From Marsupella aquatica (Eukaryota; Plantae; Marchantiophyta), in contig OZ316893.1 in NCBI GenBank assembly GCA_973895155.1, positions 1,364,860-1,428,859 on the forward strand: 64,000 nt of DNA, in the 5' to 3' direction. Position numbers and translations under genes: made by a program. Below are positions 1-11,850 of the stretch, one piece after another; positions within the stretch are counted from its first letter, which is position 1, and the number at the start of each line of letters is the position of its first letter. The notes under the pieces were generated by a model, which saw only the letters and a list, made by a program, of their open reading frames with translations, was not told where the DNA came from and did no database searches.

Positions 1-2042
1 TATTGAGTTTACTTTGTCTTATTGAGATTTTTGATATATATTTTTGTTTCACTTTATTTTAGACAAGGTGTATCCTTTCTCTATTTGGACTTTGAAACTA
101 TTTTTAACCATCTCTTGATGTTTTATTTTTATTTTTAGACCTCTATTTTAGGTCTATATTTATTTTTTGATCTTGCCCATCCTTTGTTATGAATTGACTA
201 TTTTAATCCCTACATTCAAGTTAAATTAAATTGACTTTTGTTATACATTATGGATACCTAGAAAGTAGACCATAAGTTATATATTACTAAGAGTGTGATG
301 GAATCCAAGGGGTGTCATAAACAAACATGTGACCCCCTCCCCTCTTAACTACAACTCAAAGATCTGTTTCCTAAGTTTATGGTTTTGAGTGACTTACATG
401 TTGCTAATCTGAGTCATTATGAGAAAAAACCGTTGTCACTAAATTTTTTCTATGTATCACAATGCCAGTGTTCTTGGTTATGGGTTTAGAAAATTAACCT
501 TGGTTAGCTCTTTCACATCCAATGCCTGTCATTGCACCTAGCCTTGCAATTGGGCGGCTCCGGTCTCCTTCAATGTGACTTTGACCACCCGCAATAAGAC
601 AAATATAGAGGTTGTGTGCAAGGACAGGTTGGCCCTAGACAAAGGCTATGCGTAGACTGGGAGGACTGGATCACCCGACCCACCCCTTGGTGAACTGATC
701 CAAGCATGGTCAAAGTCATGTTGAGGATACTTGGGCCGTCCAATCGCAAAATTGGGTCTAATGACAACCATTCAATATGAAAGAGCTAACTTGGGCTAGC
801 CTTCTTAACCTATAAACAAGAGCAATGGCATAAAAATCAAGGGCAAGGTATATATTATGCCAAAAAAGAGTGGCAATCTAGGAAATTAGAGTTCTTATGA
901 AAGGATTCACAATTATTTAGAAGCTAATTAAATAGTTGTCCACTAGAGAAATAGCACGTGGGAATAAAAGTGGGGCCAAACACTTTGTAAAGGAATAAGC
1001 ATTGAGGCACAAGCACCAAGTCACCCAAAACCAATTTTTTTTTGCTTACTAAAAAATTCATCGAAACTCTAATATATAAGGAATGATTAATTGTTCTTCT
1101 CAAGATGGGAATCCTTTCGAGCAGAAACACTACAAGACAAACTATTTAACTTTCTTTTGGGATCCTTACACTTTCAGGTATCTTGAAAAACAATTGTTTC
1201 TTTACCTAGATACAATAGTCCTAACAACTTGATATTACCATTTGGAGAACAGTGCTTAAAGTTGGACCAACCCTAACAAACAGAACTAACAACCACAAAG
1301 GGTATTAACTAATTAGCTTCGATCAACCGCAAGGGTAGATGTAGTACTGTATTGTACAGTAGCATGTGCACCATTTGTTCTTGCCGTCCCTGGCCCTGAT
1401 GCACTGAATGTCCCTTCATGGCAGCTAATTGCCACCAGTCCCAAAATGATCTGGCCCCATGGGAGCCAAGCCTCGCCAAGGCCCCAGCGAATATCAGGAA
1501 AGACCAGGCCATCGCGGGTGGGCATGGAAGTACTGTAGTAGGCGATAGTTACCAGCTATGACGGGGGAAGCCTTGGTAGCACTGTGGTACTAGCTTTGCA
1601 GTTGTAAAAACCAGACAAGGCACACTGCCATGCCTAGGAAGAAGGCAGGTGGGTTTGCAATGAACGACAAGTCCTGCGATAAGTGTCGCGAGCTTGCTGC
1701 GGCTTTGGGCTTCAAGAGTGTGAGAGGGTACATTCTACTCTTCTTCCTCAGTGCATCCATGGAAGAAGCCAAGGCCTTGCATTCACTTAATCTTCCACTC
1801 TTACATGGTCACTGTCAATCTCTAAAACCTGGATCTATAAATGATGGTACAATTATTGGTGCTACAGTGCCCTTGGCTGAGATGAATGTATCAAGTAAGT
1901 GGGCTTTGGTGTTTCTAGCTTTTATATAGCCAGTGGCGGTTTAATGCCCTTTGTATTATGAAACCGCTCCTCTATTCTTATTGTGTTATGGCTCACAATG
2001 TCCTGCTATCAGGGCATTAGTACATACATGTGGTTTGGACAT

Positions 2043-2199
2043 CAGTTTATGTGACTGAAATACAGGAAGCATTAGTACATACATTAGAACATACTTAGAT
2101 GACATACATTAGTACATACATTAGAAATACTAGATGATACACTTACACATAAAACATTTTGAGTTTTCTTCCTGTATTTCAGTCACATTACATAAACTG
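2043..2199. mobile_element. Small foldback / MITE-like element
   Basis: CAGTTTATGTGACTGAAATACAGGAAG (from 2043) is the reverse complement of CTTCCTGTATTTCAGTCACATTACATAAACTG (2168-2199) apart from a 5-nt indel. The spacer holds CATTAGTACATA repeats. ACAT flanks both sides (2039-2042, 2200-2203). Confidence 0.55.
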
Positions 2200-3574
2200 A
2201 CATCTCATTTTCACTTAGGTTTCTAGAGCTGTCCCTAAACCATCTACAGACTGTACATCCCCTGGATTTTTCATCTCTATTAAAAACCCTCAACTATCTC
2301 ATAACTGCAACATCATCTACAGCATAACGGTATGCATTTATGATAAGAGTTCCACATAGGATCTTGTGCTCCTACCCGTAAGTGTACTATAGAGGGTTTT
2401 ACATTTACATATTGTGATTTAGTAGAACCCTCCTATCTAAACTGCAGAAAAGTGCAAATGGTCAGGAAAAAGGGAAGAACCAGATGCCTTGCAGTTATCC
2501 AAGGTTTGCACTTCTTGAGTGTGCACTTAGGAAGTGCCAACTGTACTACTACTGTAGTATTGCCATTTCCCTCTGCTAATAGTAAACATTTTTCATTTAA
2601 CTAAATAACTCAAGGCCATGATGTGATTGTCTTGTTTTCATTTTATGATTTTAAAAACAATCTGTGCACTACTGTTCATTTAATGGAACAACTCAAGGTC
2701 TAAATATTACTCTCGTGTTGTTATTTTTTTTAATTTAAAAGTAATGTGTACACTCAAAATCAGTGCATATATTGGGATGATTTGGATATTTGAAGAAAAT
2801 ACATGAAAAAATATTTCTAAGTTTCATAAGGATCACAAAAGTTAACGTCCTTTGGGTTAAGTTAATGTTTTCGATCATTCAAAAGTTGACACATAAGCCC
2901 TTTCCACAACATCTCATTAAAAGTGAACAGTGTTTTGCATGGTGTGTAGCAGATCTATTTTGCGTCCGGGCTAGCGGCCTTTGCATTATGTTTGGGATAT
3001 GAATTTACAACAACCTCAACAAACAGCTTAAGATCTGAGGTGATCCCTGAGAGTATCTCCACCCAATTGGGTTTGGTTACTGTAAGTGGGTCAGGATGTT
3101 GACCAAACCCAGTAAAGAAAATTTAAAATGTCAGGTCTAACCAACTCACTGTAACACTATCTGGAATTCAAGAACTAGGTTTTTGGTTACTAGATCTATA
3201 TATGCAAGAGATGATACACTAGTTGACTCCTGGGTTCGTTGTTGGATACTCAAGATCTCAATCTACAGTTGTCAAATGTTGATACCTGCTGTTTTGGAAA
3301 GATTACCCCGTCAGGGTTGGGGCTGCTTTTCAATTGACCAATAAAGATACACATAGTGAACTAAATATAGGAAACTGTCAGACTGGGTATTTAACTTACC
3401 TGGCAAGCAAAACCCCATTGTGTTGGAGATACTCTTAGTGGGATAAAAGCCTTAATGTACAGTCTCCAGGTTGGGGAGGTTGACTATATGTATGGTGTGA
3501 TCATATCTCATTACACGGCCACTAGCCATATATGTCCAAGACTTCTCCCTTTTCACTTTCTTCTCATTTTCCTC

Positions 3575-3594
3575 CTCTCTCTCTCTCTCTCTCT
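3575..3594. repeat. (CT)n microsatellite
   Basis: About 10 CT units read directly. Confidence 0.85.
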
Positions 3595-3683
3595 GGTCAT
3601 ATTGCTCCACAAATTCAAGAAAAGATACTACGATAGTTATGGTGAAACCTGAGGTTTTTGTCATTGCTAGTGGTGTTTTAATA

Positions 3684-3847
3684 GGGCGTCTCAAACTTTG
3701 CGTTGCTGCTTCCAGTCGCGGTCAGAGACGGAATCCCAGGAAAAAAGTGGCGGACACGAAAATCCGTGTCCGCACACTGCTAAACTGTGACCGAAACTAC
3801 TAGTTCCAGGCCTCTTGTTTTCCGGCGACTCAAGGATTGAGACGCCC
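3684..3847. mobile_element. 164-bp MITE-like element (possibly PIF/Harbinger-derived, Tourist-like)
   Basis: Terminal inverted repeat GGGCGTCTCAA...TTGAGACGCCC, extending with mismatches to about 25 bp and flanked by TA on both sides. Central hairpin GCGGACACG-N6-CGTGTCCGC. No coding capacity. Confidence 0.7.
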
Positions 3848-5586
3848 TAATGGATACTCCAGGTCCTTAACCCTATACGTTTTGTTAGTTGCCCAAACTT
3901 ATCACGTTTATTTAATGCCTGAACCTAGAAGGGCGATAGTATTCTAAAGCAGTAGTGGGGAATCAGGCTACGGTGGGTTTGTCGGAGGAAAGAAAAAGAG
4001 AAGGGAACTGAGTAAGTGAGGTGGGGATGGTGGTGGAGGGACTAATTAGGGGCTACGGTAGTCAGAGAGGAGTCAGGGGTAGGGGGCCAGGAATTGATGA
4101 ATGATGGTACAGCAGCAGCAGCAGCAGAAGAATTTTGCAATACTCGAGCTTTCTCTATGTTCTGGCGCTCACTCCACACGGTTGGATGGGTCTTATTGAG
4201 GAGGGAGGCTGATGAGTCACGGGCCCATCCCACATTAATTGCAGTGAGGATTAGAGGAGGGAGCGGATGGGAATGGTGATAGGTGGATGATTACGTAAAT
4301 AATTCATATTTCTTGGTGCGATGCGTTTTATAATAGTAGGTGCTTGAATCAGCTGTAATGTGGGTGGACGGACAAGACACGCAAGTTGCTCACCTTCTTC
4401 GTCGTTGTCCTCCCTCCTTCCCTCCCTCCCTCCCTCCAGCTTCTTCCCGTTCTACTACGCCTCCTCCACCATCCCTCCCCTACCCCAGCTCACCGAGCTA
4501 CTGGCCACTCACCGCTGCAGAGGCGGGCTGCTGCTGCTGCCGCCATTGCCTTTTAGTAATGTGTTTGTGGGCGGTAAGATTTGGAATTTTTATTGGATTT
4601 GGAGCATTGTTCATTTGTTCCGCTGCCGCCCTTGCTGCCCGGGATGCCGGAATCATGAAAATTCATCACGAAGCTCTGAAGTCTGGGCCAAATCGACATT
4701 GACTTACTGCGGCCTCTTCTGTTCTATGGTACTGCATTTTGCGTGAGTATTATATGAGAAGAGTCACGCATACACCCCTGCTGGGTGGATGGCTGGGTCC
4801 CCCCCCGGTTGGGCTCCTACTTCCTGAATTGGATGCAGTACACAGCATTGTAATAACGTGATAGACGGGACAGAATGAACCTCCTCTCGAGTTGGAGTTT
4901 GGAAGAAGAGTGGAAGACCGCAGATGAACAGCTGAGAAGACCGGTCAGCCATAGCCGTGAAGGCGTCGTCGCGCTGGGCCTAGCAACCTACCGTAGCTGG
5001 CATTCTGCCCCCTCCCTAACGTAGGCCCAGTGGCTGTGCATTCTCGTTAGAACGATGTACTAAGAAACAATTCACCTACAGAGTGAACGGCCTACAGTAG
5101 TTGTGTGTGTGAGTAAAGCAGGCTCGCCTTTGGGTCGGGTTCGGTCCTGCATATGAGGAGGTTTGCTGCCACGCAGAGCTTCTTGCTTGCTCTGTTCGTT
5201 CCTCCCTCTTTTTGTGGCCAGGCCGGACAAAGAGAGATGAGAGTATACGAGACTTGAGGACGAGGGGGCGGACGGTTTGACTGACCGGGACTGATGACCA
5301 CTGGACCTGTGCGCAGCTGCTTGCCTGACTTTGTGTGTGATTATTTTAGTGATAGACCCCACTCCCGGATTTTTTTTTCGTTTGCCCAACCACTGTAATG
5401 GTCCCTTGGTAGATATGCTTTCGCTTCCATCTCACTCCACGTCCACTTCTCGTGCCCCCTGGTGAGCCTGGTCATCTTCTGGGCAAGCAACCTTGCTTCT
5501 TCCGCTGCTCATGGTACCGTAGTCCGTCCCCTCTTCTCGATCTGCATATTTTCCTTGGGCTGGGTGATTTTCCCTCTGGCGTCGAG

Positions 5587-5653
5587 GGTTCTTTGGGAGG
5601 GGGTGGGGGTTCTTTGGGAGGGGGTGGGGGTTCTTTGGGAGGGGGTGGGGGTT
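5587..5653 (+). repeat. G-rich 21-bp tandem repeat x3 (potential G-quadruplex) upstream of the WRKY ATG
   Basis: GGTTCTTTGGGAGGGGGTGGG repeated three times, giving many G3-G5 tracts. Confidence 0.85.
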
Positions 5654-6706
5654 GGATAACGTGCGCTTTTCAGATTCCCGTGAAGGGGCGTGCATTTTGC
5701 TGCGCGGCTGCCCGGCGACTTGGCTCAGCAGCAGCAGTGTGGTGGTCGTGATCGTCTGCTGTGGGTGCCTACACGGTCTTCTACAGCAGCTCCTGTTAAG
5801 GTTCTACCGGTCTTCTGCTGGTCTTCGACTGCCCTCCTTTCCATCGAAACGTGCGATAGCTTCCGGGGATGTGGTGCGCTGCGAGCTCGGGGACGAAGCA
5901 GCTGCCTAAACTGGTGGAAAGAGGTCTCGTGAGAGAGAAAGAGGAAGAGCGAAACAAGGCGAGAGGACGCCGAGATCTCCCGTTTCTTGGCTGGATTGCT
6001 CACACCACTACCATGTCTCTGTAGCAGTTGTGAGTCGATCCTCAACCACAGGAGGCTTGTCTGGCCCAAAGAGATCTGTATACGGAAGGGAACTGGGCTC
6101 AATCTTTTCAGGGGAGCTTGCCTGCTCGCCACTCGGAAGTTGGCCGGTTGTAATCAGGTGCAGGTGAGAGAGGAAGAAGGGGAAGGACCCGGCCTAGAGT
6201 TGTGAATTTGAGGAAGTAGATCGGCTGCTGCTGTTGCTGCTGCAGAGGTAGCTGGCTGTCGTCTGCCTCTCATTTGCATTTCTGTCGTGCTGCGACGCAT
6301 GGACCTCGAAAGCCCTTCATCGTGGTGGACATCACCTAAGGTTGCTGCAGACACCACTTGCCTACTCCTCCTACTTCCTTAAGCACACTACCGGCTACCA
6401 TCCTGTTTTGAGGGCTCCTCGTCCCTAGGTTTCTATCTTGCAAGTTTAGATCATCTCAATAGACGCATCGTCCTTCCTGCCTTCCGTTAGGTTATTTTGC
6501 CTGCCTTTCTGTCGGCCGGGGTCAGTTTGCTGCAATTCTGCCTAGTTCTTAAAGGTCAAGCAAGCTGTTGGGTTGGGTTGGGCTGTGAAGTGTCGTCGCC
6601 CACATGAAATTTGCCTTCCACCCGAAATTTAGTTGTTATTTATATCTCGGACCGTTTCTTGATTTGATAGCCAACGGGCCTATGCTTTGGTGAGCGGGGA
6701 AGATTG

Positions 6707-9700
6707 ATGGAAGGAGGAGAACAGAGTGGGCAGGGCATGGATTATGGATCAGTAGTCCTTAGAAAGCCGACGCCTTCGCGGGCTCCCCCCGCTTCGTTGG
6801 CAGGACGGTCTTCTTCAGACTCTTTGACTTTGATGACAGGATATGGTGGAGGAGGTCATGACCCGGATCGGTCGTTCACCCATATGCTTGCTGGTGCTAT
6901 GGCATCTGCTTCACCCTCCGAGGATGGAAGGGAGGATGGGATGGGCTTGGGCTCTCGAACTTTAGGGTCAGGTGGTGGTAGTTTTGCCGAGAGGCTGGCA
7001 GCAAGAGAGAACTCGGGAATGATTCCTTCGAGCTTTCTACCTAAGGTTATGCCTCCGTCTCGGATTTCAATGCCACAGACCTCTTCGTACCAGCTGACAA
7101 TTCCTCCAGGCCTGAGTCCAACTCAACTACTGGATTCGCCAGTATTCGTGCTGAACAGTCAGGTACGGCTGTCATCTTTCTCCTTACGGCGAGCTGGATG
7201 TGAGTGGGTTGAATGAGTCGTCGTGGATGCCATTCCGTCCTTCTCGCTACCCTCCGTTGAATTTGTCGTGCAGTATAGTTCCTAGAAACTCAGAAGATCT
7301 ATGTATTTTTGCAAACCAGAAATGGGGCGTTGTCTGCTTCATAGATAGCTTTGCTATGGGGTGACGGTACTTCCATCTCATTTCGGTGGCTGGTTTAGCT
7401 TCCTGTCCTTCCTACTTGTTCCTAAATTTGAGACGCTAATTTATTCTATTCAACGATCCGTCGTTCGCAGACAGCAGAGCCATCGCCGACGACGGGCACT
7501 TTCAACGCTCTGGCAGCTTCATTTCTCAGCGAAGCTGCCGCTAATGACAGGAACGATGACCAGGACAGCACTCCCGGGTTTGTCTTCAAGCCGTTTCCGA
7601 AGCCCGCTTCACGCAATCCTTTGTCTCCACTTTCAGCTATGGTGAGTGATGCGGATGGAGTTTACCTGGAATCGTTAAGCGATTTTAACTGTCGTTCCTC
7701 TCATGAAAGCAAAAATTGAATGCAGATCAAAATGAACGAAAACACTTGATGCAGCCATATATTGGTATGATTGTTCTCATTGTTGGTCGCAAGGAATGGG
7801 TTGACATAAAGTCGCACTTTCAGTTCCGTCAGATTTATCTTCCTGTTGGCAGTGCTATTGAAGTTGTTTTCTATGACGACTACGCTGTAGGTCCGAATCT
7901 GTCTGTTTCTTTCCTCTTCTTTCTGGTTTTAGTTCTGCGTTGACTTGAGTTGGGTTTCTGGAGTCTATAACCAGGAGAAGTGTCTCAAAACTGGTGTGCT
8001 GATCTAAAATTTAGTACCTGTGGTAGTCCTACGCCTGTCTGATTCGCAGACCTGCCAACGACTGAGAAAACGGATACAGGCAGTTGTCTTTAGCGACGAT
8101 TGAGACTGGTCTCTGTAGTTTGGCTGACATTTTGGCATCACGTATAATGGCCAAGAACCTGATTTATCTTGGAAGGCTATCATTTAGGGACTAACCTTGT
8201 GATGTGGAACTTTTTTCCAGGTCCAACAACCATTCACTGGTGCTCTTTCATCTCATTCTCAGGCCCAGTCTAGCGGGCAATTAGGGGTCTCAGCTGTGGT
8301 ATCTTCATCGATGAATTTGTCTAGCCACGATGGCAACATGAATTCGGGGCCACCAGTAGCCATTCCTATTGCCATGCCACCCATGCAGTCTATGCGGCAA
8401 CAGCAAGGAGAGCCTCTGCAGGCTCTGTCTCCTGAAGAGGAACCTCCAGCTCCACCTTCGGTCCCGTTTATAGAAAGACCTTCCGAGGATGGATACAATT
8501 GGCGGAAATATGGACAAAAGCAAGTAAAAGGCAGTGAATTTCCTCGCAGCTACTATAAGTGCACTAATGCAAGCTGTCCAATGAAGAAAAAGGTAGAACG
8601 TTCTCATGATGGGCAGGTTACGGAAATTGTTTACAAAGGAGAGCATAATCATGCGAAACCACAGCCAACACGTCGATCAGCAGTTGCAGCAGCGCATCTT
8701 ATCTCAGATAGCGGTGGAGGGGACAGGACTGATAGCGACGGCAAAGAATGGGGTGGTTTTCAAACTGGTGGTGGTGGAGGTGAAGGTGGAACAGGGTTTT
8801 TCGGAGTGAAGGGTGAGAGAGATCCTTCATCGAGCCGCGCTTATGGATTGTCCCTCGGGCCCAATGGGACTCCGGAGCCCTCTTCTCCTTCTACGAGTGA
8901 GGATGGAAGCAAAAGTCTCACGGAGGACGGAGACGATGATGAACACGACTCCAAGCGGCGGTATCATTCCTTCCTTCGAATGACATCAATTTGATAGTGA
9001 GATGTCCTATTGGAAAATTTTGTCGTTCGATTTGTTTTGGTGGTCAGGAAGATCATGTTTCGTGTACTGACGTCTGTCTTTTTACTGGGAACAGGAGGAA
9101 AGAAAAGAGATTGGCCAAGGAGGTGCCTCCTGCTCCAAGAACAATTCGAGAGCCTCGCGTTGTCGTCCAAACAACAAGTGATGTGGATATCTTGGACGAC
9201 GGGTATCGGTGGCGAAAGTACGGCCAGAAAGTGGTCAAGGGCAATCCCCACCCAAGGTTATTATTTCTAGCTAACTGTGAATTAATCATTCAGCCAGGAT
9301 TCAGCATTGTGTATAAGGGTGTAGAAGCAGATCAATTCAACACTGCCCACACTTAACTACTGATCACCAGTATTGGCTCTAGACGACATTCATGCTAGAG
9401 TTAGTGTAATTTGTTAGCTTGTACGTGTGTTATCCACTTCTTGCTTTGCATCCACTGTTCTATATTCTTTAATCGGGCTTGTTCTAATAGTGCATTTGGA
9501 ATGCAGGAGTTACTACAAGTGCACTCATACGGGCTGTCCAGTTCGTAAGCACGTGGAAAGAGCGTCAACTGACCCGAAAGCAGTGATCACAACGTATGAG
9601 GGAAAGCACAACCATGATGTACCTGTGGCACGAAATAGCAGCCATGACAATGCAGGTTTAGGAGGGAATGCTTCTGGACCTTCTCAGAGTGGAGCGACTT

Positions 9701-10110
9701 CCCTTCCACCGCCTGCCCCTGCCCCCACTTACCAGCAGCCAAACCGATATGGAAGTAGGGGAACTTCTGTATTCCGAAGTCTTCTGGATGATGGATCAAA
9801 CAAAGGGGACGCTGGCGTGTCAGATACAGATTTAGGCATGGGAGTAGGAGTGGGACAGGGAATGCGGAACATGGATGGTAGCGCTAACCATAGCCTCCCT
9901 GGAAGAAATGGGGACCTGCCAAACACAAACATATCCATGAACCTTTCAGTGTCATTGGGAGGAGCCAGATCGATGATGGATTCGTACGGTGGAAGCCAAG
10001 GTATGCAAGATTCTGGTTTGAGGCCGAAACTAGAGCAGGAGGAGTCTCACAGTCACAACAATGGTTTGCAACCCAATGTGTACCAACAAAGACTGGCGAT
10101 GCGGCAATGA
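6707..10110 (+). CDS. WRKY: Group I WRKY transcription factor with two WRKY domains, about 710 aa; exons 6707-7162, 7471-7641, 8221-8960, 9095-9256, 9507-10110
   Basis: Two WRKYGQK domains with C2H2 fingers ([25 protein letters not shown]...HNH; [26 protein letters not shown]...HNH). N-terminal [15 protein letters not shown] and [12 protein letters not shown]-cluster typical of group I. All introns are GT-AG and in phase, including the conserved R-type intron. The exons sum to 2133 nt. Confidence 0.95.
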
Positions 10111-10783
10111 TGAAGTCCTACGGCAATTTTTACTTTCGTAGGAAGCTGTAAAAGATGTTCTCGAACCAAACTGTCCCACCAAACCAAGAGATGCTGGGAG
10201 AAGGACCCATGGTGGTCACTTAGGCATGATAGGCATGATTTGGCGTTTTGAGAAGCCAGAGAGATTAGAAAGTGTGTAAGTATGAAAATGGAATTAAATA
10301 GGCGTTCCGTCCGACATAGATTGTAAATTAGGCTTGGCAACTTGTTAGTTTAGGTGGCAGTTATCATTCTTTCAGCTGAGAAACAGTGTCAGTGGACCGA
10401 GGGGTCTTCTGCACCCTTGCATGTTCGGCCTGTGTAAACAGAGCATCTTGTTATGTACACCCTGGCCCTTCAGCAGAATTTTCATCAGTTTTTATAAGTA
10501 ATTCAAAGAACAGATGGGGAACTCTGAGTGAGTTACCCGTCTGCCACTTGTGCAGCCACAGTGCGGATGTCTTTTCAAATTAATCACACAAAATCTTCCT
10601 GCCTGGAAGGTGAGCTTACGACTTCTATCTAAAATCAAGTTGGCTTGGACCAAGGAAGAGTGATACACTTTCTCTTCAGAGTCCTACTTATCTACCACCC
10701 GATGTACCTATGCTGCGGTTTAAAGCGGTGGTCGTGGTGTCTTTCCGCCTTGATTATTATAGTTTCCTAAGCTTAAAGCCGTC

Positions 10784-10851
10784 CATGGAGCCAAGTGATA
10801 CTATGGGTCTCTTTCCACATGGAGCCAGGTGATACTAGGGGTCTCTTTCCA
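10784..10851. repeat. 34-bp tandem duplication
   Basis: CATGGAGCCARGTGATACTAKGGGTCTCTTTCCA occurs twice. Confidence 0.8.
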
Positions 10852-11620
10852 CACAGGACTCCCTTCTTGTGATACCACTCTCTCTTTCTTGTTAGATGGC
10901 CCACAAAATCCAGGTGAAAGACTGGTCGCATCGAGGCAGCCAAGTACTTTCTCTCTCTGAATACCCTTCTTTTCCCAAGCCCAAAAATTCCCCATGAATG
11001 ATGATGGTCTCATCAACGTGGTCAAATAATTAACCGGTGGGTATCAGTGAACAACCCGTAACACATCCTGTCCAATGGCCTGATGGGCTCTGCGGTGATT
11101 GAAAGCGCGGGGAAGTCCAAGCCGATATTGGTTAGTAGTGAATCCTACTCTCGAGAATGATAATAGCTTGAAGGATCGGGTTCTGCTTGTCTAAAACCCC
11201 TCCGGTAGATGCCATAGAAACACGCATAGCTTATACAGTAGATAACGAAAGTTCAGTTTCGGAGCGAAGAGTTTCATAAATGTATGTCCAAAAGTCAGTC
11301 GGCCCGAAAAGCTTGGGGCAGCCCAAGCAAAGGGTGGCCAGGTAACAAAGTTACACTCTGTCATTCTAAGATACGATCTTCATTGCTGACAAAAAGCAGG
11401 TCCTCATTAAAGGTAGGGAAGTAGCCCCAGATAGGATTCACATTATTTCACCCTTTAAAGTAAATAGTGGGCTTGTCATGAATGATGGTAACCTACCTGG
11501 CGACAAAATCTCACTCTGCCGTCGATTCGATCATCTCGAGGTTTATCAGTCGCGTGAATACCTCTTATCCCTCCATTGCTTGCATTATTGGGAGTCACTA
11601 AATAAAACCAGTCTCAGAGT

Positions 11621-11850
11621 TTGACCCGATCAGACCCCGGACTGAGTCAAGTCTAGTTCAGTTCCGATTTCGTTTGACCCACACAGCCATCTAATTATGC
11701 CTTTCCTCTTGCTCGTTCGTTCCATTTTTGACCAGCAAGCCAAGCTTGTCGGCCTCTCGTCGTTGTCCAGATGGGACCAGGAGAGATGTTTGAACCGATC
11801 AAACTAGCCTTTCAGGTGAGAGCCTTTTCTCTTGTCAGCTCTGTTTGACC
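11621..11850. promoter_or_regulatory. Cluster of five W-boxes (TTGACY) about 1.5 kb downstream of the WRKY stop
   Basis: TTGACC at 11621, 11674, 11728 and 11845, and AGTCAA at 11645. Confidence 0.45.

Noticed and set aside
4340-6357. Many overlapping 60-135-aa ORFs upstream of WRKY
   Set aside because: Low-complexity translations of GC-rich leader sequence with no domain. Treated at most as possible uORFs.
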